Positions 33,004-42,836 of a DNA stretch of 64,000 nucleotides are shown here, one piece after another; the first letter of the stretch is position 1; each line of letters begins with the position of its first letter. The notes beneath the pieces are model-generated. The model saw nothing but the letters and a program-made list of their open reading frames with translations. It did no database searches and was not told the origin of the DNA. The translations under genes were made by a program, and so were the position numbers. This DNA is from an uncultured Nitrososphaeraceae archaeon (GTDB lineage: Archaea; Thermoproteota; Nitrososphaeria; Nitrososphaerales; Nitrososphaeraceae). The stretch is taken from assembly GCA_963729045.1 (NCBI GenBank), contig CAVSMN010000011.1, positions 32,001 through 96,000 of the forward strand, read 5' to 3'.

Positions 33004-34206
33004 TCAATTGCGTAAAATATCTATTCCAGGCATTTCATCTCCAGCTAAAAATCTAAGCGTCGCACCCCCTCCTGTAGAAACATGGGTTACTTCCTTCTCA
33101 GAAACCCCAGATATCTTCATGGCCTCTAGGGTATCTCCTCCCCCAATCAGGGTCTTTACCCCCCTCCAATATGCCAATGCCATACTTACAGCAACACTCT
33201 TAGTTCCGTTAGAAAATATTTCTTTTTCAAAGTACCCCATTGGGCCATTCCAAAAAATTGTGCCCAAGCCATTATTATGAATTTCAAAACTAAACTTTTG
33301 AATTGTCTTGTCTCCGATATCAAATCCTTTCATGTTTTTTGGAATATCCGCTTCAACAATATGGTATTGGCTACTATTATCAGAAGAAGCCACCTTATGG
33401 TCTATCGGCAGAATTATCTTATCGCTATAATCTCCTAAAGCCTTAGTAGCCCATGGTAAGTAGTCCTCTTCAATGAGAGAATCTCCCACAGAATAACCTT
33501 TTGCTTTAAGGAAGGTGTATGAGGCAGCCCCTCCTATGAGTACTTTATTTGCTTTGGGTAAAAGATGGTTCAAAGCTCCAATTTTATCCTTGATTTTCAC
33601 ACCGCCGATTACCAGCGTAAAGGGGACTGAAGGATTTTCTCTCAATAGTGATAAGTATTGCAATTCTTGGGTAAGGTTAAAACCAGCAATTCTAGTGTCG
33701 AAATACTGGGCAGTTCCATAAGTAGAAGAGTGTTTCCTATGGGATGTACTAAACGCATCGTTTACATAAATGTCAGCGTAATTAGCAAGTTTTTCAGAAA
33801 ATGCAGGATCATTCTTTTCCTCTTCGGAGTAGAATCTCAAATTTTCAAGTAACAATACATCGCCATTTTTCATATCATTTATAGTGTCAATAGTATCCCG
33901 ACCTATACAATCATCTGAAAAAGTAACTCCAGCATTAAAGGAAGATAACATCTCACCCAGTTTTATTGATACAGGTCGTAAAGAATATCTCAAGTCCTTG
34001 CCAGAAGGTCTGTCTAGATGGGATGCAAGAATAACTTTGGCACCCCGTCTTACCAAATATTCTATAGTTGGAATTGCAGATCTTATTCGATAATCTTCAC
34101 TAACAGCATTATCTTTAACCTTTACATTAAAATCAACACGAACAAATATTTTCTTGTTAAGATAAAACTGATCGTCAAAATCTGTAATGAATTTTATCTG
34201 TCCCAT
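33004..34206 (-). CDS. pgk: phosphoglycerate kinase (bacterial-like signature)
   Basis: VRVDFNV, LLENLRF, VNDAF, WNGPMG, GGGDT, HVSTGGGA. Confidence 0.95.
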   Translation of the reverse strand: MGQIKFITDFDDQFYLNKKIFVRVDFNVKVKDNAVSEDYRIRSAIPTIEYLVRRGAKVILASHLDRPSGKDLRYSLRPVSIKLGEMLSSFNAGVTFSDDCIGRDTIDTINDMKNGDVLLLENLRFYSEEEKNDPAFSEKLANYADIYVNDAFSTSHRKHSSTYGTAQYFDTRIAGFNLTQELQYLSLLRENPSVPFTLVIGGVKIKDKIGALNHLLPKANKVLIGGAASYTFLKAKGYSVGDSLIEEDYLPWATKALGDYSDKIILPIDHKVASSDNSSQYHIVEADIPKNMKGFDIGDKTIQKFSFEIHNNGLGTIFWNGPMGYFEKEIFSNGTKSVAVSMALAYWRGVKTLIGGGDTLEAMKISGVSEKEVTHVSTGGGATLRFLAGDEMPGIDILRN

Positions 34207-35149
34207 AAAAGAGATAAAAATTATTCGTTATAAAATATTTGTTGTGAAATTTTGTTATATGGTAAATATGTGAATGGATAGGTTCAAAATATCATCAATT
34301 CCTTCTAAAAATAAAACAAGTTACCCGGCGATTTCTTTTATTTTGCCGGTAATGTCTTTAGGTCATCTTTTATACAGATGTATTAAAATCCTCAACCCTC
34401 TCCGTTCCTAACACATAGGTATACATATGTGGTGTATTATTTACCCGATAATACTAGTACCTAAATTCAGAAAACCTGTAATCTGTGTCATGAAATCGCA
34501 GTACGGAAAACATACGATAGAACATTAATAGGCCTTTGAAGGGGCGTATAATTGTAAAGAACTGGATGAATCTGCTTGGATATAATCATAAAAAGGAGAT
34601 ATTTGCCTCAAGAAAACAGAACCGACAAGCCAATACAGTCTTTTATGATAAAAGGCTATGTATGAGGGAGTTTAAAGGAAATATGCAGTATCATGATACC
34701 ATGTTATTTTGACATGATATAGACAATGACTATTGTATATCAAGCACAAGTGGATGTAGATAACTCAATCAAAGCACGTTAGTCAGAGCAAATGTTTACT
34801 TTTAAGTAGGTATGAATATATTCCAAGTATAGAATCACCAGTCAATTTGTTCTACGGATATATAAAAGCGACACAATGGCATACCAAAACATAATGAATT
34901 AACCATTTATATATTGTGCATGATAAGTATTTGCTTATATAACATTAATTCATCCCTTCGTCTGGTATATGGGGTAGAACGGCGTAACTGAACATAATAC
35001 GTCCCAGGTTTTAACTTTTCAGATCTTTAGAATATTATCATGATATAGATATTTCTAAAAGTAATATATTGTTAACCAAATTTTACATCTTTTTGTCCGT
35101 ATTTTATAATAACTATATAAAATACTTCTAATAATTTTCATTTCAAGAT

Positions 35150-35580
35150 CCATATTTGGCAAAATTCAGACGGTTATTGACCACTCTATTCAATAATCTA
35201 ATTCATAAGTCTTCTTGTAATGGCGAATCAAAAATATATTAATGGAGAATTTAACTCTAACAATGGATCTTACTCTGCAAACTAATGGTTGATGGTCGTT
35301 ATATGTAATCAAATACAATTCATTAGGAAAATACACTTGGATGATTTGGTATAATGTCCACAGCCTTTATCGTCGAGCAAATCAGGGTAATTCCCTCTTT
35401 TTTTGTAGAAAAATAATAGGATTTGCATACTTTTTGGCTCTATTTGATCACGATCCATAACTAAATACATTATTTAGAGCCAACTTTGATCATAATTTAC
35501 GTTAAATCAGATATCTTTTTTCTTTTTTTGAAGTTTGGATTGAGGGATGTATTTTTGACTCAAATTTCCTCTTTAACCAA
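35150..35580 (-). mobile_element. highly degraded IS6-like DDE transposase remnant (boundaries approximate)
   Basis: Broken-frame fragments QKY.P..KKISDF, IKVGS, LWI, IEPKSMQIL occur in the order recalled for archaeal IS6-type transposases. Confidence 0.55.
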
Positions 35581-35776
35581 TAAAGTATTCTTTAGGTTGA
35601 AATAATATTACAATCTTTACGACGCTCTTCTCAAAAATATTGTTGAATGTTAAAAATACAGACTATAAATACGGTAATCAGGTGATGTTGTACCCTGTTT
35701 TTGTTAGTCCATACGAGGTTAACCAGATTCTACCTATAAAACTTGAGTTAGCAGATGGGCTCGGTCGCCATCTGAT

Positions 35777-36283
35777 TTAGGTTTGATCCTTCTTAATAGG
35801 AGTTATTTTAGTAATAGTTGGACATCCCACCTTACTTGAAGCCACTTTGAATGCCTTTTTAGCTAATTCTAAGTTTTCTTTCGTAACATGTGCTTCATAA
35901 ATGGTTCTTCCTCGTTCAACCCGTGCAGCCAAGCCTGTGGCTTTACCGAATGCACGTCTCATTCCCTCCTGGAGACGATCAGCACCTGCTGTAGCAATCA
36001 TTTTATTTTCTCTTAAAATTACATGCGGATAAACCCGTAGTCTCGAAAAAAAACTCATATCACCTGCTTGAGCCATTGTTTTATTACCTGCTAGCCTTGC
36101 AGCTTCAAGAGAGTTATGACGGATTTGAATTCGTTCTGTAACAGTTAATTCGACTAAATAATCATAATTACCTTTTGCTTGTCCAGATGCAAATCGAGCA
36201 ATTTTAATTTGAGGTTTACCCTTAATATACTCACGCCTTACATATGGCATACCACGAATTTCTCTATAATTGACACCTTTCAC
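35777..36283 (-). CDS. rpl10e: 50S ribosomal protein L10e/uL16
   Basis: QIRHNSLEAAR, RVYPHVILRENKM, GADRLQEGMRRAFGK. Confidence 0.96.
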   Translation of the reverse strand: MKGVNYREIRGMPYVRREYIKGKPQIKIARFASGQAKGNYDYLVELTVTERIQIRHNSLEAARLAGNKTMAQAGDMSFFSRLRVYPHVILRENKMIATAGADRLQEGMRRAFGKATGLAARVERGRTIYEAHVTKENLELAKKAFKVASSKVGCPTITKITPIKKDQT

Positions 36284-36337
36284 AAATATTCCTCTCTTTA
36301 ATAAATAAATGAGGCTGTTGGCTGTGATTTATTTGTT

Positions 36338-37019
36338 ATGTCCTCAGAAAATAATGCTCGCAATGACCCTACCGAGTCCTCTCAAGTCGGTGGACCTACA
36401 GATTTAGATTTGGCATCACTTACCACAGAAACTTTCAATGAGAAAACCAGTAATGAGGAAAATATTGATTCGAACTTTCTGATAGAGGCAGTTTCACCAT
36501 ATGAAAGAAGGAAAAATAGTTGTTCCTGAGCCAAAACAGCAAGATCAACTGAGGAACAAGGGATTTGGAGAGGTCTTTAATAAAGAATACTTGTTAAATA
36601 GCCTAGAGAGCCTATATTTACTTCAAAATAATAAAATTAAAATTTACAAAAACAAAACAGAATATGATTTTTCTACTTTTTTGAAGACGATGATAAAAAA
36701 AGACAAAAAGATCTTGACAAAGTATTTGATTTTTAGAGATTTGAGAAGCAAAGGGTATGTTATCAAAGAAGGATTTGGGTTTGGAACAGATTTTAGAATC
36801 TACGAGAGAGGCGAATACAATAAGAAAACCTCAAAATATGTCTCTATAGGATTAAATGAAGGGACTAACATAAAAGCTTCGGAATTTGCCGAAGTTATTG
36901 AACAAGTAGAAAACATGGGCAAGTCTGTTGTTATTGCGGTTGTAGAGCGAAGAGGTGAAGTAATTTATTACAAGACTTCAAAGATGACATTTTTTGACAA
37001 CAAGAAATCCAAGAAATAA
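36338..37019 (+). CDS. endA: tRNA splicing endonuclease subunit (acidic N-terminal extension probably joined by a frameshift at ~36500)
   Basis: LNSLESLYL, YLIFRDLRSKGYVIKEGFGFGTDFRIY, VIYY. Confidence 0.85.
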
Positions 37020-37062
37020 GTCACCTGAGTCATGATCTAAACATATAATTCTCTCTTTAAAA

Positions 37063-37452
37063 ATGATAGATACAGAGATGTCAGGGAAAAATGATTCAGA
37101 CCAATTCAGAAGGGACATTTGTAATGAGATATTTGCAGTTGATAAAAACGTAAGGTTTGTTGGAATCGTAAATAGGGAAGGCGAAGTTATAGAAGGCGGA
37201 TTCCGAAAGGGAATTGAGCCATTACTTGATCAGAATGAAGAACAGGATATGTATCTCCAGTCTCTCTCAAATATCACCTTTTTTCAATCATTCTCAGAAA
37301 AATTCGGCCCAGTAGACTACTTATTGATTAAACAAAAGAAAATCACCATGATAACCATTCCCTATAAAGATGAGATATTATGTATATCAGTTTCTTCTCA
37401 ATCTGAAATTGACAGAATTAGGGATGAAGCTATCAAAATTGTTTCACCTTAA
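37063..37452 (+). CDS. roadblock/profilin-like small protein (DUF6659-like)
   Basis: VRFVGIVNREGEVIEGGFRKGIEPLL..FGPVDY. Confidence 0.7.
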   Translation: MIDTEMSGKNDSDQFRRDICNEIFAVDKNVRFVGIVNREGEVIEGGFRKGIEPLLDQNEEQDMYLQSLSNITFFQSFSEKFGPVDYLLIKQKKITMITIPYKDEILCISVSSQSEIDRIRDEAIKIVSP

Positions 37453-37513
37453 CGTAGAAGGCGTTTCAATAAACTATTAAATAAAGTATTATATCCATAT
37501 ACCTTTGACTTAG

Positions 37514-37663
37514 ATGGAAAAAGTAGTTTGCGAAATTTGTTTTTATAAAGGAAATAAAACGGAATTTGAGGAAAGCAGTGATTACTGCATAGAATGTGTG
37601 TGTGATCATGCCATGTGCCCAAAGTGCAAAAAACCATATCATGCAGCCATGATTACCGAGTAG
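37514..37663 (+). CDS. 49-aa Cys/His-rich microprotein; not in ORF track
   Basis: MEKVVCEICFYKGNKTEFEESSDYCIECVCDHAMCPKCKKPYHAAMITE*. Confidence 0.7.
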   Translation: MEKVVCEICFYKGNKTEFEESSDYCIECVCDHAMCPKCKKPYHAAMITE

Positions 37664-38167
37664 TTAATATACCAAATTTGATCATGGGGATAGACTTATA
37701 GAACATACTAATAAAATGCTAAATACAGACGTTACAAGACGATGATGAATACGATAGTCCCCCTATTACATTGAATTTATTTCAATTAAAATGAAGAGAA
37801 TAAACCGGACTTCCGAGTTTTGTGACATGATTTGGTACCAAATTGCCAAAAAAACAGAGTAAAATATTATCGTTTAATATTAGCATTTTGACGATGAAAG
37901 GTATTTGCTTTAAATTAGTCGCGGAGAAAATAAGCAGATAATGATGTGAAAGAGACCTACACCGAAAATCATCACAAAGTTTGTCAAACCGAGTACTAAT
38001 TTAGATCTCTATGAGATAGAAAATTGTTAAGTAACAAAATATAAGAAGTTTTGAACTATAGTTTATTACTTATGAAATATTTAAATTATATATCAAATTA
38101 ATAAAATTATTATAATATATGTTGCAATATTTATATAGCCTAAAAACACAATTAAAAGTAGATATTA

Positions 38168-38359
38168 ATGTTCAATGAAGATTCTTGCAGAAGGTGTGGT
38201 CTGATCCTGACTGCAATGTGCAGATGTAATGATTGCTTAGAGACTTCTTCTTGGATTTGCAAAAATTGTAACAACTCCATAGATCGCATACACTTTCATG
38301 GATTTGAAACATCTAATCCAGGTTCAAACAACGTTCACCTCGGAATTTATACCTCCTAA
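38168..38359 (+). CDS. small Zn-finger protein
   Basis: CRRC..CNDC..WICKNC..HFH; TTTATA about 35 nt upstream. Confidence 0.7.
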   Translation: MFNEDSCRRCGLILTAMCRCNDCLETSSWICKNCNNSIDRIHFHGFETSNPGSNNVHLGIYTS

Positions 38360-38400
38360 CTCCACAGAAAATCCATCAATTTAGGTTAGGAGAAAACTAT

Positions 38401-39740
38401 TCAATATTTAATGGACCTCATAAAGATTTCATGATTACCAGGAGTATAATCCTCCCAAGATACTAAAACGATATTGTCCAATGCATCAATTGTAATAGAA
38501 GGACATTCTGAAATACCAGGGTTTGAACTCAAATTGTAGAATGTGTAATCGTCAGTTTGGTTAAAGCTTCTCATAAACAGAAAAATTTCCTTATTGAATG
38601 TCGGTTCAGAACCGACGGTCATATTAAATCCAGGTTCAACAAGACTACCCTCAAATGATGTGAACAATTTATCCTGATAAGCGAATGTATCTAAATTGGC
38701 CGCATCAAGAATTTGATTAGCAGAGATAGGAATTTGATCGATTGTAAAATTCTGACCACCATCTGAACTTTTTGCAGTAAAAAGATTTCCTAATTTATTT
38801 ACGGTGTCCCTCTGTACCCATGTTATGTATACGTATTTATCAAAAGCGGAAACTTGTGACTTACCGCTGTCAAAGCTGTCATCATGATCGAATCTAACTG
38901 GGCTGCTAAAACTTTTTCCAAGGTCTTCGCTCTTAATGAAATATATTCCAGGCTTATGACCCGTTAATTCCTCTTGCTCTTGAACGACTCTAGGATGGAA
39001 CCGATTATCGGCGTCTACATTCCAGGTAATATACACATTATTCTCATCTGCAAACACTTTTGGATAGGAATCGCTGCTATAATCTGAAAGTATCGTTCTC
39101 GCTACCAAAGGATTTACCCATATCATCACTAACTCGCAAAGCAACCGAAGAATGAGTAGAATTAGATTGTTGCCATACAACGAAGACATGTTTATCATTT
39201 GAATAAATATCAGCGTTAGATGCATTGACATTATCGTTACTTAATGAAAGACTTTCATCCAAATGTCTTACCTCCGTTATCACTAGATCGTAGGAATACT
39301 TGTTTATGACCATTAGAGTTGTCAACCCACGCCAAATAGATATTATTTCCTGATGAAGCGATATGTGGATGTTCTGAGAACCCAGAATTATTGCTGATGT
39401 TAAGGGTTTCATCGTTTGAAACATTGTCTAAATTGACGTTTTTAAAAAAATATCGTAATTTCTATCCTCTAGATTTGATGCTCGAGTTTTAAAGTTTGAA
39501 TCTTGCCAAACAAGGGAAAAGTTAGTTTTATCAATGCTTTGAATCTGTCCATATACGGAATCATTCTTATTATTGCTAAGGTTATACAACTGAGAAAATC
39601 TGAGTCATCAATTGATTAACTACTTTGGAGAACACAAGATTACTTTTGTCATTGTTAGAGTAGGGGATAATATTAGATAATGGGATTATCAGCAAAAATA
39701 GAAATATTGTCATTATGCTTCTAAATAGTGAGCTGACCAT
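38401..39740 (-). CDS. secreted BNR/Asp-box (sialidase-like) beta-propeller protein with several frameshifts
   Basis: Repeats VSDDMGKSF, KSEDLGKSF, KSSDGGQNF; hydrophobic N-terminus near 39700. Confidence 0.75.
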
Positions 39741-39825
39741 GATTTTTGTCAATAAAGTTACTTCATGGATTATTTTATATATTTTACTTTGGATTCAAAT
39801 TTCATCTGAAGATTAATCCTTCCTA

Positions 39826-40226
39826 TCAGGAAGGAGTATTTTTCTTTTTAAAATCTAACGACAAGGAATTAATGCAATATCTCAATCCAGTTGGATTGGG
39901 ACCATCATCGAATAGATGACCCAAATGGCATCCACATTTTGAACAAACTACTTCCTTTCTAATCATACCGTAATCATAGTCCATTTTTTCTTGAATATTC
40001 TCATTATTTGATGGAGCCCAAAAGCTTGGCCAACCTGACTTTGAATCATACTTACTATCAGAATCAAATAAAATAGAGCCACAGCACTTGCACGAATATA
40101 CACCATTTTCTTTATTGTGCAAAAGGTTTCCAGAAAATGGTGGCTCAGTGCCACGATTTACACATACTTCAAATTCCTCAGGAGTTAATTTTTTTTTAAA
40201 TTTGATTTAGAATATTCTTCTGACAT
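39826..40226 (-). CDS. msrB: peptide-methionine (R)-S-oxide reductase (frameshift in an A9 run at ~40190)
   Basis: GTEPPFSG, KYDSKSGWPSF, HLGHLFDDGP, RYCINS. Confidence 0.93.
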
Positions 40227-40502
40227 TTATCGATACAATAATTGACTACATTATTTAAAAATTTAACGATCAGGGAAATCATCTTAATTCTCAAAATTAT
40301 GTTTATTGACAAATGTAACTTTGTTTGGCTTCTAACTTTAATGAAATTACGATTTTCTAAAATTATAAAAGGTCATTCCAGATCTGCCATAAAAATCTAA
40401 GCGATTGACATGTCGAAATCATTTTTCAAATTTTGAATCCCAAATGAGCATCCAAAAATAAAAGTTTTTATTTAATCTTGGGGCACTAACCATTGATTAG
40501 AA

Positions 40503-40814
40503 ATAGGCAAACGTAAAGTTTTAAACGAAGCTCACTTGAAGGAACTGGTCATGCCCCAGGAAGGAGAGTTATTTGGAAGAGTCATTAAATTAGTAGGCGG
40601 GGATAATATCATTGTAAAGAGTAATGACGGAAAAGTTAGGACATGTAGGATTAGAGGGAAGATAAAAAGGAGAATGTGGATACGTGATAATGACTTGGTA
40701 TTAATTGCACCATGGGATTTTCAATCAGATAAAGCAGACATTATTTGGAGATACATCAGCGCTCACGCAGACAAGTTAGAACAAGAAGGACATCTCGAAG
40801 GTTTGAACAGATAG
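40503..40814 (+). CDS. eif1a: translation initiation factor aIF-1A (apparent ATA start)
   Basis: (I)GKRKVLNE..CRIRGKIKRRMWIRDNDLVLIAPWDFQ..IIWRY. Confidence 0.95.
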   Translation: MGKRKVLNEAHLKELVMPQEGELFGRVIKLVGGDNIIVKSNDGKVRTCRIRGKIKRRMWIRDNDLVLIAPWDFQSDKADIIWRYISAHADKLEQEGHLEGLNR

Positions 40815-40833
40815 AAATCACAGTATATTATAC

Positions 40834-40918
40834 TATTGTACCCCGCCACTGACCCACAGCAAAATCATAGTTAGCCTTACACTACGTGTATAACTCATTG
40901 CGCACTCTCTGACGGGGA
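40834..40918 (-). ncRNA. candidate single-hairpin H/ACA pseudouridylation guide RNA
   Basis: Lower stem CCCCGTCA/TGGCGGGG, pocket GAGAGT/GGGTCAG, K-turn TGA-GTTA / TAAC-TAT-GA, apical TACAC/GTGTA, ACA 1 nt after the stem, TATATA ~25 nt upstream. Confidence 0.65.
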
Positions 40919-41138
40919 TTATTGATTATAAAATTAAACTGCTATATATCATTTAACTAAGAGAATTACATAGCTAAGAAAATACCCCTTTAGCAAGAAA
41001 TGGTCGGTCTTTGCTTTAGATTCATAAGGTTGCCCAGACACTCTGGAAATCAAAAATGAGCATAGTCATAGTCATAGAATTATATATAAAATAGAAATCC
41101 TGTATTACTGAGTTCTATCTAAACAAGACTACAAATCC

Positions 41139-42836
41139 TTATACGATGAGGACCTTATCAAGTTTCAGGATTTTAACTACCGCTGATAAGTTGAATTCGA
41201 AAATAGTTATTAACGTACGCAAGTTAAGATTATCCAAAACTTGAGGATGAATTTCACCAATCTCTCCAATTACATCATCTTCCAGGAAGATTTTTGCAGA
41301 ATGGCCTGGAAGAAAATAAGCAGTGTCATATCTTGGTGTAGTAACAAACGCATTGAAACAATACCTCATGAAAGATTCTAAATTGGATTTAATTTCTGTA
41401 TAGTCTGTCGTATTGTGAGCAATTGAAACACAGAGTGACCAATTTTCTCTGATTTCATTATTTGTCGTTGAGAATGTCTTACCTATCTCAAATAATTTTT
41501 GAGGATATTTTTCATGAATATTGTTAGAAAAGGTGTTTATTAAAGAGGGAATTAGACTGTTCCTCAATAACTCAAATTCGGTATTTTTTGAATCACCCAA
41601 AGAAACTAAATTTTTGTCTAAGTGATCATCTTCCAAGAAAACATCTTTGACCAAGTTTTTTGATATTACATTAGAATTGATAATTTCCATAAATCCGAGG
41701 CCAATTAATATATCACGCACTTTATCAAAAATAATAGATTGACTATTCTTTCGGCCAGGAAAATAAGTAGCAGGGTATAATGGTCCTAAATTGAAGATTC
41801 CATAACCAATAGCTACCTCCTCGGATACATCTACTTTATCAAACAAATCTATTCTATAACTAGGTATTATGCATTCTAGTTTCCCATTACCTTTGTCTAT
41901 ACCTTCACATCTACTTCTCTGAAGACATACCAAGATTTCGTCATGAGTTAGTTCGAGTCCTAATATCTTATTAATATAGTCAAAATCCAAATGTATTCGA
42001 TGTGGTTCCAATATTGGAGTAACAATTTCTCCATAAAAAGGAGAATCAACCATCAAAGAATACAAATCAAATCCCATATCGCTCAATTCAAACGACAGGA
42101 TTGAAAGTATATCCTTAGCAGACTTAGAATTCACTGAAGTAACTTCTATAAATAGATTACTAGTTAACAGATCAACTTTTGTTGTGTTTCCATTTATAAT
42201 AGGTGGAAATGAAATAACGTTATCCTTTGAGTCGATTAAAATAGGAACTATGTCAAACTTTTCCAAAATGTGACCATACTTTTTTCCAACATCAAAACCT
42301 GTAAGGATATTGTCAAGGCTGTATTCTTTATTTCCATCTAATGGCACAAATTTGATTTGTCTGGAAACCCCTTTATATGAAAGCGGAAATGTCAATGCAT
42401 CATAATTATGTAAACCGATTGAAGACTTTTTTCTCTTTCTACCTATCCCATTATGCAAATCTTCTTGCATGGATATCAATTGTGTTAATTCTTTGTCATT
42501 AATAGGAAAATCCCGTTTGGCAATTAAACCATAAATAATGGGTCTTACATCTTTCAATTGTTCATCTACTCGTATTAAACTTGAGGACGGCTGAAGATCT
42601 TGTATATCAGGACATCCTAATTCTACATTCAATATACCTTTTAGAGCTCTTACGATTCCGTTCTCAGAAGAAAAATCTGGTCGATTGGGATTAAACTCTA
42701 TCTTAATTTTATCATTATTCTTGTCAAATCCTTCTATATCGAGACCCAAGTATGGTAATTTTTCAATAATTTCATCTAAAGCCCTTCCAGGAAAGATTCT
42801 TGAGAGCAAAGATGGTCTAAGGTTTACTACAGGCAT
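41139..42836 (-). CDS. pheT: phenylalanyl-tRNA synthetase beta subunit
   Basis: PNRPD, MQEDLH, SFPPIIN, YRID..DVSEEVAIGYG, LRNSLIP, GEIHP. Confidence 0.96.
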   Translation of the reverse strand: MPVVNLRPSLLSRIFPGRALDEIIEKLPYLGLDIEGFDKNNDKIKIEFNPNRPDFSSENGIVRALKGILNVELGCPDIQDLQPSSSLIRVDEQLKDVRPIIYGLIAKRDFPINDKELTQLISMQEDLHNGIGRKRKKSSIGLHNYDALTFPLSYKGVSRQIKFVPLDGNKEYSLDNILTGFDVGKKYGHILEKFDIVPILIDSKDNVISFPPIINGNTTKVDLLTSNLFIEVTSVNSKSAKDILSILSFELSDMGFDLYSLMVDSPFYGEIVTPILEPHRIHLDFDYINKILGLELTHDEILVCLQRSRCEGIDKGNGKLECIIPSYRIDLFDKVDVSEEVAIGYGIFNLGPLYPATYFPGRKNSQSIIFDKVRDILIGLGFMEIINSNVISKNLVKDVFLEDDHLDKNLVSLGDSKNTEFELLRNSLIPSLINTFSNNIHEKYPQKLFEIGKTFSTTNNEIRENWSLCVSIAHNTTDYTEIKSNLESFMRYCFNAFVTTPRYDTAYFLPGHSAKIFLEDDVIGEIGEIHPQVLDNLNLRTLITIFEFNLSAVVKILKLDKVLIV

